Source: Hormiphora californensis (Eukaryota > Animalia > Ctenophora). Taken from it: 64,000 nucleotides of DNA. The stretch spans positions 2,170,001-2,234,000 of the forward strand of contig CM035357.1 of assembly GCA_020137815.1 (NCBI GenBank), read 5' to 3'. Every line of letters begins with the position of its first letter. Positions within the stretch are counted from its first letter, which is position 1. The translations under genes and the position numbers were made by a program. This document shows positions 13,651-50,790 of this stretch, piece after piece. A model generated the notes under the pieces. The model searched no databases and was not told the DNA's origin. It was given only the letters and a program-made list of their open reading frames with translations.

Positions 13651-14006
13651 GCAATTAGCAAAACCTACACTATCAATTTACAGAAGGGATATAGATCAGC
13701 AGGCATATACTGAAAGCACTGTTATCAAAAACAAATTCAAAACAAAATTTTGGCATAGCTTCCGCAAGCAAAACCTACACTATCAATTTACAGAAGGGAT
13801 ATAGATCAGCAGGCATATACTGAAAGCACTGTTATCAAAAACAAATTCAAAACAAAATTTTGGCATAGCTTCCGCAAGCAAAACCTACACTATCAATTTA
13901 CAGAAGGGATATAGATCAGCAAGCATATACTGAAAGCACTGTTATCAAAAACAAATTCAAAACAAAATTTTGGCATAGCTTCCGCAAGCAAAACCTACAC
14001 TATCAA
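13575..14006. repeat. 110-bp tandem repeat (~4 copies) overlapping the 5' end of the spacer ORF
   Basis: cagcaggcatatactgaaagca unit starts near 13575, 13697, 13807, 13917. Confidence 0.9.
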
Positions 14007-16214
14007 GGAGGGAGATATAGTCGAAAAGGCCAATTGTGGCACCCAGCTTATCTATTTGATAGGTTCACATTTGATAGACCTTATTCTTCTGTAATGATGT
14101 AGAAGCTAGATCTTAGTTTGTTCAATTCTACTCGAATAGCTGTATCGATTTTCTGGGTTCCCTTGTCAGTTATGACTGTGTTGGACTATATCTCCATTCA
14201 ACAGAAAACAAAACTAAATTTATTGATTGTTTTCACTGTATTATGTATGGATGGTATAACTTGCAAATCGTATATTCGCTTATACTATCCATACGTCATA
14301 AAAACGGTGGAACTGCAACTAACCTTTATCTCGTTGCTGAATCTCCGATTAAAAGTTTCGTTATAGTGATAAACGATGACGTAGCTTGTTCCATACAACA
14401 AAAACCTTTTATTATTATATCATATAATATGTACATTGGTTTTTATACTATGATCTATTTGAAATTTTTACACACTTTCGCGCCTCTATATATAGATAGC
14501 ATTTGAACCATGCGAAAATTAATAAATAATAACAATGTAACCTATTGACAGTAGTATGGAAGGTTCAGGTATTGTTACAGTTGATTGAAGCACTTGAAAA
14601 AGCTGGCCATCGCTAATTGTAAAGGTAACTTACCTGGTAAGTTGAATAAATTCATGTTTTACGAATCTTAGATGATGCAAACTTTGCTTGAAACAACGCT
14701 GAAACGGATATGTGGAAATATCCTTTTTCCAACATACGACCATCACATTTTGTTCTCTGTGGGATGTGTTTCTTGATCGTTAAGCATAAAATTTTGCAGC
14801 GACATAGAAAAATGTTAGACGCAACTTCTGACCAATTTTCATCCTTAACGGACCATGTGAACATGGTCAAACAGGGCCTCAAAGTCGAAGAAAAGTGAAG
14901 TATTCCCGGAAAAAAAATTGGGCTCCAAACCAAAAATTACAATTTTCCCTGATACACCTGGGAATCCTCTACAAATCCCCAAAATTTCAGCTCTCTAGCC
15001 CTAAAACTTATAATTTTTGGATGAGGTACAATGTTGCTAAAAAAATAAGGGTTTTTGCAGATACCCTAGCACCACATTTTCCTTTCTCCTGGTCACATTT
15101 CAAATTCGGACCTTCTGAAAATTTGTGGCTACTTTAAAAATTGTTAGGAGCATCTTCTCACCAATTTTTATCCTTACCAGTCCATAGGAACATAGACAAA
15201 CAGGGCCTCAAAGTTGAAAAAAAGTAAAGTGGTCTCAGACAAAAAAATGAGCAACATTTCAAAAAATTTTTGTTTTGGCTGAAACACCTTGGCATCCTCT
15301 ACAAATCCCCAAAATTTCAGCATGCTACCCCTAAAATGAAAATTTAGGGACCTTAAAATCCTCTATTTCGGGTCCTTTTTTTTCCTACTTTGAGGGGCTG
15401 CAGCAAAAATATGAATTCGAGTTAAGGGCTAAAATTGCATATTTGAGGTCACTTTGGGATGCCCTACAACCCCATATGGAGAGCTAAGCGGGCACTCGAC
15501 AAAAATTTCGCCGAGGTGTACCCTTAAAGGCCAATAGAAGGACCTCGAGCGCCTCTAGAGACCTGTAGAAGGCACCAAAGAAGTTCCCGACAGCAGTAAA
15601 CTTTTTTGTATTTTTTGTATTTTTTTGTATTTTTTTGTATTTTTTTGTACGGACCCTACAAAAAAATATTGCCTGCTTTTTCCGTACATCCGTACACAAA
15701 AATGGTTGATACCCCCCCGTGTACATGTATTGCACGTCTAGGCCAGTCATTTTTTGTCATTTTGGGGCCGTTTGGTGAACTGAGACATAACAAAGGTTTT
15801 CCACTTGTATTGTACTCCTATGGGGTCCTAGAAACACCAAAAAAATCGTCCACTCCAACCGAGGTGAAGAAAGTGCCCAAAATGGCCACGCCCTTTTTGC
15901 CTGTATTTTCAGCCTTGACCAAAAATAGCAACTTTGCTTTGGATTGGAGTAGAAACGTAAATGAGGGCACTAAAATGTGTAGAATGAGCAGCAGAATCGA
16001 TTGGTACCAAGCAGAAGTCGCTATCTCATCAGGTGCGAGAGATAATTGGATAATTAGGTATGCGCATAACCGTTTTTGAGCCATATGGCTATAGCCGCTC
16101 AGGAGCGGTTTCAGAAATTTTGCTTCACAGGAGCTTGTTCAGCATATAAAAGTTAGTGGGGGTAACAAATATGAAGTTTTTATCGCACAAGGTCAATGAG
16201 TTATTCAACGTTAA

Positions 16215-17517
16215 GGGTACACCTGGCGTTTTTCATCATCGAGTGCCCAACCAAATGACTTCACCAGGGTTTAGGCCATACAAAATGGACCTCAAATATG
16301 CAATTTTAGCCCTAAAGTCGAATTCATATTTTTGCTACAGCCTATTTTCAAAGTGGCGTTTTTTCAATTTTTGTTGAAATTTTTAACCTCAGGACCACTT
16401 TTTTTGAGATGGAAACATTAAATTCTTGGAATTTGAAGAGAATATAAAGGTGAATAAGCCCAAAGAAGGATTTTTGAAATGGAGCTTATTTCTGGCCATG
16501 AGAACGGTTTACTTTTTTGCTTCTTTGACACGCTGGCTGAGAATGTTCCCATGCTTCATTAGAGATGAAAATCTGGAAATAGTTGCTCAAAACGATTATC
16601 TATGTGGCCCAAAAATTTTGGAACTTTCCCGCCAAAGATGTGGTGTACAGAGCTTTTTTTATGAAACCCGTCTTTTTGAAAAAGAGGGAAATTCCCTGTA
16701 TCTCAAAAACGGATGATCGTAGAGACCTGGGACTAAGCTTAATCGATTCAGAAGGTCCGATTTTGGGGGGGTCTTCTGAGAGACATTTTGCTCCTACTCC
16801 AACCGATTTTGCTGTTATTGCGAAAAAGGTATCAGCAAGTAAGGGGGAAATCAGCCCGAAGCAGGCTACTGGAATAGAGTTGTTTCCCCTTTTCATAGAA
16901 TTGGTTTTTCGCAATTACAGCAAAATCGGTTGGAGTAGGAGCAAAATTTCTCTCAGAAGACCCCCCCAAAATCGGACCTTCTGAATCGATTAAGCTTGGT
17001 CCCAGGTCTCTACGATCATCCGTTTTTGAGATACAGGGAATTTCCCTCTTTTTCAAAAAGACGGGTTTCATAAAAAAAGCTCTGTACACCACATCTTTGG
17101 CGGGAAAGTTCCAAAATTTTTGGGCCACATAGATAATCGTTTTGAGCAACTATTTCCAGATTTTCATTTCTAATGAAGCATGGGAACATTCTCAGCTAGC
17201 GTGTCAAAGAAGCAAAAAAGTAAACCGTTCTCATGGCCAGAAATAAGCTCCATTTCAAAAATCCTTCTTTGGGCTTATTCACCTTTATATTCTCTTCAAA
17301 TTCCAAGAATTTAATGTTTCTATCTCAAAAAAAGTGGTCCTGAGGTTAAAAATTTCAACAAAAATTGAAAAAACGCCACTTTGAAAATAGGCTGTAGCAA
17401 AAATATGAATTCGACTTTAGGGCTAAAATTGCATATTTGAGGTCCATTTTGTATGGCCTAAACCCTGGTGAAGTCATTTGGTTGGGCACTCGATGATGAA
17501 AAACGCCAGGTGTACCC
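16215..17517. mobile_element. 1.3-kb palindromic Kolobok-type element, TTAA target duplication
   Basis: TTAA|GGGTACACC...GGTGTACCC|TTAA; arms 16215-16827 and 16905-17517 nearly identical; 77-bp loop. Confidence 0.85.
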
Positions 17518-17715
17518 TTAAAGATCGAAAAATGGGGGTAAAAAGTCGAAATTTGGTCATTTTCCTTCATTTTACCCTCATTTTTCGATCTTTAAAGTTG
17601 AATAACTCATTGACCTTATGCGATAAAAACTTCATATTTGTTACCCCCACTAATTTTTATATGCTGAACAAGCTCCTGTGAAGCAAAATTTCTGTAACCG
17701 CTCCTGAGCGGCTAT

Positions 17716-19056
17716 CACGGCGTGCCTGGTGAAACTTTAACACGACCTAGCATGCTACGGGAAACCACCACTTGTACGTGGTAGCTGAGGGTCTACAGAA
17801 TGGCGCTACGGTGCGGGAAAAAACATTCCATTGCCTAAAATCTTTTTTTTTACTTTTATTTGATTTGGGTCAAAATTGGCTATATTAAACGTGGTCCCGA
17901 AAAATCCATAATGACTTAGCACACGAAATATGTCACCCCAACCTATTTTTGCACGTAGAATCGATTGCCGTTGAAGTCGAATCTCTAAAATGACTGTAAA
18001 ATGGTCAAAAGTTGATTTTTTACCATTTTTTGGAGGTTTTTGGCCCCTAAACCATTGAAAACGTTGAAATAGGAATTTGAAACTAGTGCCAATCGTTAAA
18101 ATGGTCATTTTTCTACCAAGAACCAAGTTTTCGTGTATATCCGATTTATGGTTAGATTTGGGCAAATTGTTGAAATCTGCCAACTAGGAGAACCGTAACT
18201 TGATTTTCTTGTTTTTTGGATTTTGGCATTTTTGACAAACTTCTGATTGAAATGGTCAATCGGGACCATGCTTAAGGTGTTTATGGGACAATTTTCGACT
18301 AAAATCCAAGATTTCATACCAATCCAATAACAGATCGTTGATTTATAGAAAATTTAAGTAGGCAAAACGGTCAAAATGACAACTTTTCTTGCTTATTTTG
18401 ACCGTTTTGCCTACTTAAATTTTCTATAAATCAACGATCTGTTATTGGATTGGTATGAAATCTTGGATTTTAGTCGAAAATTGTCCCATAAACACCTTAA
18501 GCATGGTCCCGATTGACCATTTCAATCAGAAGTTTGTCAAAAATGCCAAAATCCAAAAAACAAGAAAATCAAGTTACGGTTCTCCTAGTTGGCAGATTTC
18601 AACAATTTGCCCAAATCTAACCATAAATCGGATATACACGAAAACTTGGTTCTTGGTAGAAAAATGACCATTTTAACGATTGGCACTAGTTTCAAATTCC
18701 TATTTCAACGTTTTCAATGGTTTAGGGGCCAAAAACCTCCAAAAAATGGTAAAAAATCAACTTTTGACCATTTTACAGTCATTTTAGAGATTCGACTTCA
18801 ACGGCAATCGATTCTACGTGCAAAAATAGGTTGGGGTGACATATTTCGTGTGCTAAGTCATTATGGATTTTTCGGGACCACGTTTAATATAGCCAATTTT
18901 GACCCAAATCAAATAAAAGTAAAAAAAAAGATTTTAGGCAATGGAATGTTTTTTCCCGCACCGTAGCGCCATTCTGTAGACCCTCAGCTACCACGTACAA
19001 GTGGTGGTTTCCCGTAGCATGCTAGGTCGTGTTAAAGTTTCACCAGGCACGCCGTG
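17716..19056. mobile_element. 1.34-kb palindromic Chapaev-type element (CACGG...CCGTG, 4-bp TSD CTAT)
   Basis: CTAT at 17712-17715 and 19057-19060; arms 17716-18377 and 18395-19056 essentially perfect; 17-nt loop. Confidence 0.8.
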
Positions 19057-19723
19057 CTATAGCCATATGGCTCAAAAACGGTTATGCGCATACCTAATTA
19101 TCCAATTATCTCTCGAACCTGATGAGATAGCGACTTCTGCTTGGTACCAATCGATTCTGCTGCTCATTCTACACATTTTAGTGCCCTCATTTACGTTTCT
19201 ACTCCAATCCAAAGCAAAGTTGCTATTTTTGGTCAAGGCTGAAAAAAGAGGCAAAAAGGGCGTGGCCATTTTGGGCACTTTCTTCACCTCGGTTGGAGTG
19301 GACGATTTTTCTGGTGTTTCTGGGACCCCATAGGAGTACAATGCAAGTGGAAAACCTTTGTTATGTCTCAGTTCACCAATTAAGCAAAAAGTGACTGGCC
19401 TAGTCTGTATTATTACAGTACATATTATCGGAAAAAAGGCTTCTATCTCTCATTCAGTTTCTCTATGTATCTCCTTCTATTCTCTATTTCTTTCCATTAT
19501 TTTTTTCTTTTTCTTGTTATTTCTCTCTATCTATTTTCTCTCCCCCTCTATATCTTCCTCTCTCTCTCCTTCCTTTTCTCTCTGAACACATTCCGACCGC
19601 ATGTAACCACATTAGATCGTAGAACGTTTGTTAAGTTCCTCTCTCCTGTGCTTTTGAGCATTTGTCTGTCCGTACGTTCCTAATTTCGTTCGTTTGACTT
19701 TTTATATTTTGCAGTAGTTAGTT

Positions 19724-19796
19724 GGCGAGGTATCTCAATAGGTTAGAGAAATGTACATGTAATCAGAGGTTGTCGGTTCGAGCCCGGCCCTCGCCA
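19724..19796 (+). pseudogene. tRNA-like sequence (Thr-TGT-like), probably pseudogene or SINE head
   Basis: Acceptor stem GGCGAGG/CCTCGCC-A, D arm, GGTTCGAGCCC T-loop; anticodon stem mispaired. Confidence 0.6.
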
Positions 19797-19959
19797 GATA
19801 TTTTTCTAGTTTCCTCCCTATTTAATCCTGATTAGTATAGTATAGTTAGTTCAGTAGTATCCCTACTAAAATTTAGTTCGACGTGCGATTGATTAACGAT
19901 CGATAAACGATCGATATCAATCAGTAGTTAGTTCAGTAGTATGCTGTTGAACTTTACTC

Positions 19960-20068
19960 CAGGAACCGACCGAAACAAGTAAACAACCAATCAGAACTCG
20001 TTATTTAGGTTACGTGACTGGTTATCAGCCAATCAGGGACCAGTATTTCCTGATTCGGTCGGTTCCTG
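19960..20068. mobile_element. 109-bp MITE (CAGGAACCGACCGAA TIR)
   Basis: 15-bp perfect terminal inverted repeats. Confidence 0.75.
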
Positions 20069-20587
20069 TAACTAATCGACTGTAACTAATCCTTCCTGTA
20101 ACTAATCCTTGCTACACACAGACCACTGCACTATTAGCTACAAAGCTACACGACACCGCACAGCTATCATACACGCAAAGTCTCGCGGTGATATGGTGAA
20201 TTGCTCACACTTTTATAGAGGGGGTGTGTTGTGGTTACCCACTCTGATAGAGATAGAGAGATAGAAAGATAGAGAGAGTGAGGGAGATGGAGAGAGATAG
20301 AGAGAGATGGATACTATTGTTATAGCTAGGGGCGGGGGATGCTATAATATTGACACGTATTAAATAGTATACACCGTCCCTCTATTAGTATAATATGGGA
20401 CTCACATAAGAGAGAGAATATGAATAAAGTACGAGCTGATAACACCCCGTGATTGTAACTGTTTTCTGAGTACAGTTGGATATATACTCCTACTCCTAGT
20501 AAATCCTCTGTTACTTATATATGACTCATATTATGAGGAGTAAACAACAACAAAAAGTACATGAGAAATACACAATAAATAACTTAC

Positions 20588-44550
<23,963 letters not shown>

Positions 44551-44917
44551 TTTCACACAACAGAGCTACATTCTATTTCTCCGGAGACAGGAACAATTTA
44601 CATGCTAAAAGCGATTGAGGAATTAATGTTCTGGAATTCTGAGTTGGCGGGTTGCATAAATCATGTTAACCCCATCTGATGTCAGACATAAAATAAAATG
44701 AAATAGGTTTTTAGCGAATTGTAAAATTGCACAATGATGTACTTTACACAAAGAGAGATCAACTCGTCAAAAAAAACAATCAAAACTGTTAGCTCGTAAT
44801 ATATAGTCTACCTTGTAAACAAAATTTAACCTACTGAACAAAAAGAAACAGTAATCAGCGGTAACCATGGTTACTAGTGTGGTTACCATGGTTACAATTT
44901 ACCCAAGTCTCCCCTAC

Positions 44918-47647
44918 TTAATGATACCAGTCAAGGAAAAGAAGACAGCAGCTTGCCATGATAAAAATAAATAACAGCCAAACTCTGAATCCCGCAGCAC
45001 TCTTGATCGCTTCCCGCAGTTCCTCGTTTCCAGATCGCGTGTTTTCTGAAGGAGTAATTTGTTTTATGAAGGAGTAAACTGTTTTATGAAGGAGTAAATT
45101 GTTTTATGAAGGAGTAATTCGTTTTTACGAAGGAGCATCTAACTAACGGTCGTCCTGTGACCTGTACTAACCTGTAGTTTCAACAGCCGTCCGATGAATT
45201 TGGAAGATCTGGTCCGATTGAGAGAGGACTTTTTCGGTGAAAATCTCTTGTAACCTTGATATTTCCACAACTGTGCCCTCTATACTTTGCACCTACAGGG
45301 GAATTAGAGTTTGTCAACTTTTGACAAACTCAGTCGAATATATCACTCGTCAGATTCTCCGTGTGTGTGTGTGTGTGACCTAAGTATTAGTCTCCGTGAC
45401 CTACTGCTGAAAATGAAGGCGGAACATTGGTGGCATGTTCTTGGTTACTAGAGAGTCGGGTATGACCTGTTTGAAATACTGGTATAACCCGTTAGAACTC
45501 TAATATCACTGTGCCCGATAACACTGCCGTGACGTCACGTATGGTGCGTGGCGTCACAGCAGTGTCACATGGTGTGATAACATGTGACACTGTTGTGACG
45601 CCACGCAGTCTGCTGTGCCATTTGTTAGAATTTATCTGGGTTACAAAACATATTATATGAGAAACTAATACCAGCAGCTGTGCAGCAGATAACCGATATG
45701 TTTTCTACTTTTCTCTGGTACAGCTCACCCCGGAATGTGAGGAATGAAGCAGGTATGGTAGCTATGGCGACCGGTATATATGATGACGTCATAATACACT
45801 TTGAAGGAAAGAAGTGAGAAATTAGAGCTAGCTGTAAGACCTTTCAACTCTCGATTACCCCCCCCCCCCCAAATTACCAGAAAACTCCCACTTTATGCAT
45901 TCAATATCCAAGTAACATATTTCGTCACCAAGTAATTAAAATTAATTAACGGCTAATTAAATTACCTCTGCGCTGGTGGCAGTTAGCTCAGCATACAAAT
46001 CATTGTTTTCCATTTCCAACTGTTGGACCTCCTCAGCGGATAATCCGAGGTCATCCTCTGTCAGATAGTCATTGTCGCCACGAGCATATTCTTCAACCTG
46101 GTAATAACCATATATGGGCATATGTCTTACGTTGACCATATATGGTCATATGACGTCATAATTTGACCATATATAGGCATATAATGAAACACCCTGTATT
46201 ACCTGTTCCATGTTTCGTATGGTTGAGACCTGGTGAGAACTGAGCCTGGATAACCGATGGTGTTCCAGTGCTTGTTTTACATGTACAGCCTTGGTATGGG
46301 AGTAGCGATCGCAGGCCTGTTTTAGGGATTGGGTCAACACGAATATCACCCCCTCTTGATGCTGCTTCAGCTGGCCTGATGGGAGGTGATGGGATATGGG
46401 TTAAACAGGGGGGACGTGATTTATCAATTTATTAATTTTCGGCTAGATAATGATACATTCTGGAGTTGGAATTTGGATTTAAAAAGAGGGATAAATTATG
46501 GGACACGTATTGTAACACATTATCGTATGCTATCGGGTGGGGCTAGATAAATTGTAAACCAGTAGGCCAGTAGGTTTCTATTCACTGAGTTGTAGGAACG
46601 TGACTCAACGAGAGAGCCTATCGGAGATTGTATAACAGGTGCACATTCTTATCTTTTACTTACTGCAACCACGACCCAAATTTCCCAAAGCCCAAAACAT
46701 TTCCAAAGTCTTGCGTGACATATATCACCAAGTTCCGGCGTGACATGGCCCAGTCCCGGCGTGATGTGACCGAGTTCCGGCGTGATACTAACCTTCTATT
46801 TCCGAAATTAGCGTGTTGAGCGAGGCTATAGCGTCCTTACACTGAACCATAAACATGTTGGCGGACATATCGAACTCTAACCTGGAACCGGGGGAGAGGA
46901 TAGGCGTTAATTATTTATCATCCGGAACCCAGGGGAGGGGGGATATTAGAATTGGCCTAATGGCCTGCTACCCCTCTATCAGTATAAACAGACCCTCCCC
47001 AGAAGGGGGATTATACCAGGGGCACGGAGAAGTTGCGATAAAAGGGGATTATACCTCTGTTCATCAGAGAGGCTGGTGAAGGCATCACTACAAGTTGAGC
47101 CAATGTACTGGTCCTTTGTCTCACGTACCAGAACATCCAACTGGGGGATGTGATGACGTCATAGGGAGGGATGACGTCATAGGGTGGGATGACTTCATAG
47201 GAGGGATGACGTCATAGATATCAAATCAATGACGTCACATCAATGGTGTATAAGCAGTGGCTGTCATGGGAAAAGTACTACAAAATAGTTTCTGAACAAA
47301 CTTCTTTAACCCCAATGCAAGAGGGGACGGTGGGGCGCCGGGCGGGAGAGGGTCGGGGTAGTGGCGGGAGAGGGTGGGTATCGGGGGTGGGTTGGTACCT
47401 GAGAGATGGTGTTCATGAGGGGTGAGTATCGGGGGTGGGGTTGGTAACTACCTGTGAGATAGTGTGGGGCGGGGCAGGCTGGGGTTGATACCTGAGAGAT
47501 GGTGTTCATGACGCCCCATGCTGTCTGGGTAAACACTGACTGGTGGGTTTTACTGGGTAGAATGTCAGCGTTAGAGCCTTTTATTCCAGTCTGACTCCGG
47601 ATCCTTTTGACCTCTTGCTTGAAGGTTTTTGTTACCTCAACCGCCAT
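44918..47647 (-). CDS. STX18: Syntaxin-18
   Basis: Spliced exons: [10 protein letters not shown]..., [54 protein letters not shown]...LLFLDWYH*. Confidence 0.92.
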
Positions 47648-47937
47648 TAATTGGCCAGTTAATTAATTAATTAATTGACTATGCTGACGTCAATAGTAGC
47701 CAATGTATATTTGGATCAATCTTGCTAAAAGTAGTTTGAGGGATTGGTAATGAAAGGATCAGAGGAGGGGATAGTAAAAACTAAAAACCAAAAACACAAA
47801 TTCGGTTTCGAAATGGAATAAAAACACATAAACAGAAAATGACCCAATATATATAACTTTCCCTCTGACATTATAACATATACGTATCCAGTTAGCCTAA
47901 CCAGGAAGCATAACTAGAACATACAGTCGACACCTCC

Positions 47938-48324
47938 TCATTGGATAAACAGGACGGTGAATGCCATGGCAACGCAAAATGCGCTGACAAACGGTGACAG
48001 CCTTTCTCCAATTCTGGCGCTTTTCCAGAACACTCCGAGGATCCTGGAATTAAAATTAATGAAAAGTTATTATGTGAATTCAATCTTTTAATTATTCTAT
48101 AAAATAATATAACCACCTCTAAAGTACACCTATTTACTATATATGAGAGGTTGCCCTGCTAGACCCTCGTTCCCGCACCCCCGAACATAACAAGGGGGAG
48201 GGGGGACCTACCCTTTTTTGTTTTTGTCCAGAAGAGTGGGCATGTGTTTGCGAATGTAGGTACACGTACAGATGAGCAGACACGCTACCACCAGCAAACT
48301 CTGGAAGCTGAAGATAGCCGACAT
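47938..48324 (-). CDS. TMEM167: Protein kish / TMEM167
   Basis: Exons 48324-48212 and 48043-47938: [45 protein letters not shown]. Confidence 0.93.
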
Positions 48325-48741
48325 GGTGAGCTACAATTGGAGGGAGTTAGGTTACGATTGGAGGTTTTTTTGTTACAATTGGAGGTTTTTGGTTAGAATA
48401 ATTGGAGGTTCATTGTTACAAACTTGGAGGTTTTCGGTTACGATTAAAGGTTTTTAGGTTACGATTTTGGAGGGAATTAGAAGAATAAGTAGGGGAAGGT
48501 GTGAATTAAAAAGACTCAATTGACTGATGGTAAAAATTGAAGTTTGGTTTAAAAAAGAACAGTTCAAATAAAATAAATATCCTTTTGTAGTGATATCCCT
48601 GTCTTGCAGCACCCACCCAGAATCCTAACGAACTTCAAGAGGCACATGGCAGAGTTTTTGGAGGATTCGTAGTCAACTAGAGGTTAGTGATTGTCTAATT
48701 AATCCCAGTTAATTGATAGTAGTCCACAATTAGGTCGTCAA

Positions 48742-49475
48742 TTAGTAGTCCACAATTAGCTCGTCGATAGCCCAATCTTCATAACTGTTATCGGGGAGAT
48801 ATCGCCTCACAATTAGAGGAATCTTCCGCTCCTTCAACTCCTGCAATATGTGTTCATTATTATGGGGATATTTAGATGTATCGATAGTGAGTCACAACAA
48901 ATCCTCAACAATATGTAACCACCCCATTAAATTCCACTATCATCCGTAAGATTGCACAAATCTCCTCTCCATAGAAGATGAACCCCCCTCAGCACCCCCA
49001 AAGTAAACATACCAATTTAGCGATTTCCAGGGGGTCAGTTTGTCCCTTTAACTCCACCATTATAGGTGCGTTCATACTGATTTGGAGGGCTCTGGTGCCC
49101 AAGATCCTGGCCCTTTCGTACTTTGTCATGTAGGGGGTGGTTATCCTCTTACTGGGTTCAATCTGGAGGGGAACAGTGGGGTCAGGGGGTTTGTTTGTTT
49201 GTGATTGCTAGCTGCCCGAAAGTAGTAGGTTGCAGGGGTTGCAGAAGTTCTAGAATTACCCTCTGCACAACAGTTTTATTATTTGAACAAGTTTTAGACA
49301 AGTTCTAAATAAAATCAGGTAGGACTTATCGTCATGATTTTAATACCTGTTTCTCACCACTCTCCGCGGCAGCTTTCTCTGGATCGACAGTCTCGAACAC
49401 GGGCTCAAAGTCATCACCACCATCGTCACCACCATCATCGTGGTCAAAATCAGCAGGTTCGTCGTGATCAGACAT
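48742..49475 (-). CDS. POLR2F: RNA polymerase I/II/III subunit RPABC2 (RPB6)
   Basis: Acidic N-terminus; [28 protein letters not shown]; [18 protein letters not shown] across 3 exons. Confidence 0.95.
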
Positions 49476-49789
49476 GTTTTGAGGGGTGGCTAGATAAAAG
49501 TTGGGTCAGATTGAGAAATGTAGGGGGTCAGTTCGGGGGCTTGAAGATTTGGGAGGGAAAATTTGAGGGATAAGATTATGGTGTATGGCTTATGAGGTGG
49601 GTTGTTATGTTCTAACCCTCCTTTACATTTGCGCGAAACACAGTCCAGCTAGGCAAGAGGAGGGGTATTTCATCAATAGTTTGTTTACTCCGAATCTGCT
49701 CGAGAGTTCCCAGTGTGTTTGTGTTTCAAAAGTACACAATCTGTGTACAGAAGTACATGGTCAGAATTGTACACGAGTACATGGGAGTG

Positions 49790-49840
49790 ATGTGAGGTCG
49801 CGCGGGCACCTCTATATCGGTGGCACCGCGCGCGCTCTAC
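49790..49840. promoter_or_regulatory. Putative promoter island with CGCGCG motifs upstream of POLR2F
   Basis: Local cgcgcg cluster ~330 bp 5' of the ATG; similar clusters at 37560-37680 and 57240-57415. Confidence 0.35.
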
Positions 49841-50790
49841 AAGTCGAGCTAAAAGTGTGTCAGGTGGTATGTCCCACACACACAAACACACTGGCTCCAA
49901 AGTCCAAAAGTGAGAAATGTTTTTTGGAATCAAACATTGAGGGATATCCTAGCGATAGAGATGGGAGGGCTCACTTTCGGTCCGAAAAAAGCTTTTATAA
50001 TCTTGGATCTTGAGTAAGGGAGAGTGTAAGAGAGGCTCTCTTACAATCTCTCTTAGAGAGCTGGGAGGGGCAGGGATATTAAAAGAAACACTGAAACGTT
50101 TTTGAAAATGCAACTATACAAAAACAATTTTACAGAATGCTGCTGCTGCTCTCAAAAATCTTTAGAGTGTTTTTCCTGGAAAATATGGTTGTATGACATT
50201 ATACAGGGTGTCCCACTGTCTTTATATATTCTTTACAGAAGACGAATTAAACTTGAAATTCAATTCTCATTAATCTGGATATCAGTCCAGCATAAATCGA
50301 CGGAAAAACCAACAGAAAAACAACGTTATACTGGTCAACTTGTGTGGGTGGTATTCAGGTGCTTAAAACTGATGAGAAATCTAGTACAACATACGATAAG
50401 AACACTCTCTCTATCTCTCTCTTTCTCTCTACACTTAACAACAATAAAGTCCAATAAAAAATCGAACATATATATCGCTTTGAGATGGATATAAAACACA
50501 CGCACACTCACCCAGCAATACATGTAATATAGATTTCTAAAAAATTACCCCCATTAATACATCTCAAGTAGACTCTCGATTGACTGAGCCCCGATAAATC
50601 TTGCGTTTCTCGACCCTGCATTACACCCGAAATGTAAAGGAGGGCTAGAACATATCAAGATAAATATGTTAACCGGGCCCGAATCGATATAGCCTACTTT
50701 ACTTGCTCAGATCTACAACAACACAGACACACTCTTTCTCTCTTGACAATCATCTTTCTCCGGTTCCTTGATTCAACTCTTTCTGGTTGT

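Larger units (their letters stand above)
11619..15523. mobile_element. Kolobok-type DNA transposon derivative with ~960-bp inverted arms
   Basis: TTAA at 11615-11618 and 15524-15527; ends GGGTA(C)ACCTCGGC / GCCGAGGTGTACCC; near-identical inverted arms ~11725-12685 and ~14455-15412; same end family as 16215-17517. Confidence 0.75.
15741..19400. mobile_element. ~1.0-kb palindromic non-autonomous DNA element (GGCCAGTCA...TGACTGGCC) interrupted by two insertions
   Basis: Left arm 15741-16214 mirrors 17592-17715 plus 19057-19400; central hairpin 17522-17591; flanks read as TA or CTAG duplication. Confidence 0.8.

Noticed and set aside
11619-17517. piggyBac assignment from TTAA duplications
   Set aside because: Ends begin GGG (purines), typical of Kolobok; piggyBac ends begin CCY.
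12200-19341. Mirror-image ORF pairs (12200/14652, 16583/16832, 17806/18589, 15818/19001)
   Set aside because: By-products of inverted arms, with no recognisable domains.
19724-19796. Functional tRNA gene
   Set aside because: Anticodon stem does not pair; kept only as tRNA-like.
48260-48672. Small spliced plus-strand gene
   Set aside because: The minus strand here encodes clear TMEM167; the plus-strand frame is its shadow.
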